The position numbers and the translations under genes were made by a program. This document shows positions 4,312 to 4,543 of a stretch of 4,543 bases of DNA, piece by piece. Position 1 is the stretch's first letter, and each line of letters opens with the position of its first letter. The notes beneath the pieces are model-generated. The model did no database searches. It had not been told where the DNA came from and was given only the letters and a program-made list of their open reading frames with translations. This DNA comes from a virus (lineage: Duplodnaviria; Heunggongvirae; Uroviricota; Caudoviricetes), in IMG/VR virus record IMGVR_UViG_2695420746_000012, one strand, 5' to 3'.

Positions 4312-4543
4312 ATGATTGATGTCTTAGGGCCGGAGAAACGCAGACGGCGTACCACACAGGAAAAGATCGCAATTGTTCAGCAGAGCTTTGAACCGGGGAT
4401 GACGGTCTCCCTCGTTGCCCGGCAACATGGTGTAGCAGCCAGCCAGTTATTTCTCTGGCGTAAGCAATACCAGGAAGGAAGTCTTACTGCTGTGGCCGCC
4501 GGAGAACAGGTTGTTCCTGCCTCTGAACTTGCTGCCGCCATGA
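4312..4543 (+). CDS. insC: IS2 OrfA (transposase regulatory protein InsC), 5' part only
   Basis: ATG at 4312; translation [77 protein letters not shown]... is the IS2 OrfA N-terminus with its helix-turn-helix. The ORF runs off the window end with no stop, which is why it is absent from the ORF track. Confidence 0.9.

Larger units (their letters stand above)
4221..4543 (+). mobile_element. IS2 (IS3 family), left end, partial (continues beyond the window)
   Basis: From 4221 the sequence TAGACTGGCCCCCTGAATCTCCAGACAACC...GTGATAGTCTTAATACTAGTTTTTAGACTAGTCATTGGAGTACAGATGATTGATGTC matches the IS2 left terminus and orfA start as I remember them, with at most a single-base difference. Only about 323 bp of the roughly 1.3-kb element are in the window. 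Confidence 0.9.

Noticed and set aside
3993-4355. 120-aa ORF as given (start inside IS2)
   Set aside because: The N-terminal 57 residues are read antisense through the IS2 terminus and orfA start, so that start is an artefact; only the part from the ATG at 4184 (or an unknown pre-insertion start) is considered a gene.
1-4543. CRISPR arrays, tRNA or rRNA genes
   Set aside because: No regularly spaced direct repeats of 25-40 bp, no cloverleaf-like tRNA candidate with anticodon geometry, and no rRNA-like conserved stretches; the only repeats are the short regulatory motifs and the IS2 terminus.

Overview
This window appears to come from an N15-like linear phage-plasmid; the IS2 copy suggests an E. 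coli/Shigella-type host. On the + strand there is a complete protelomerase gene, telN (69-1964, 631 aa). Convergent with it on the - strand is what looks like a remnant of an antisense-RNA-controlled anti-immunity module (P1 immI / P4 / N15 immA style): candidate promoter and operator-like palindrome, two leader hairpins presenting the same loop, an intrinsic terminator, a structured RNA stretch, then three translationally coupled ORFs ending in a 54-aa BRO-N antirepressor fragment truncated at the telN terminator. Further right is a compact - strand operon of four small uncharacterised proteins (single-TM, soluble, internal-TM, secreted); this is the best candidate for an undescribed accessory system. 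Its upstream region is cut 36 bp from the first start codon by the left end of IS2 (4221 to window end, partial). No rRNA, tRNA or CRISPR array was seen. All homology statements are from memory of protein families, not from a database search.
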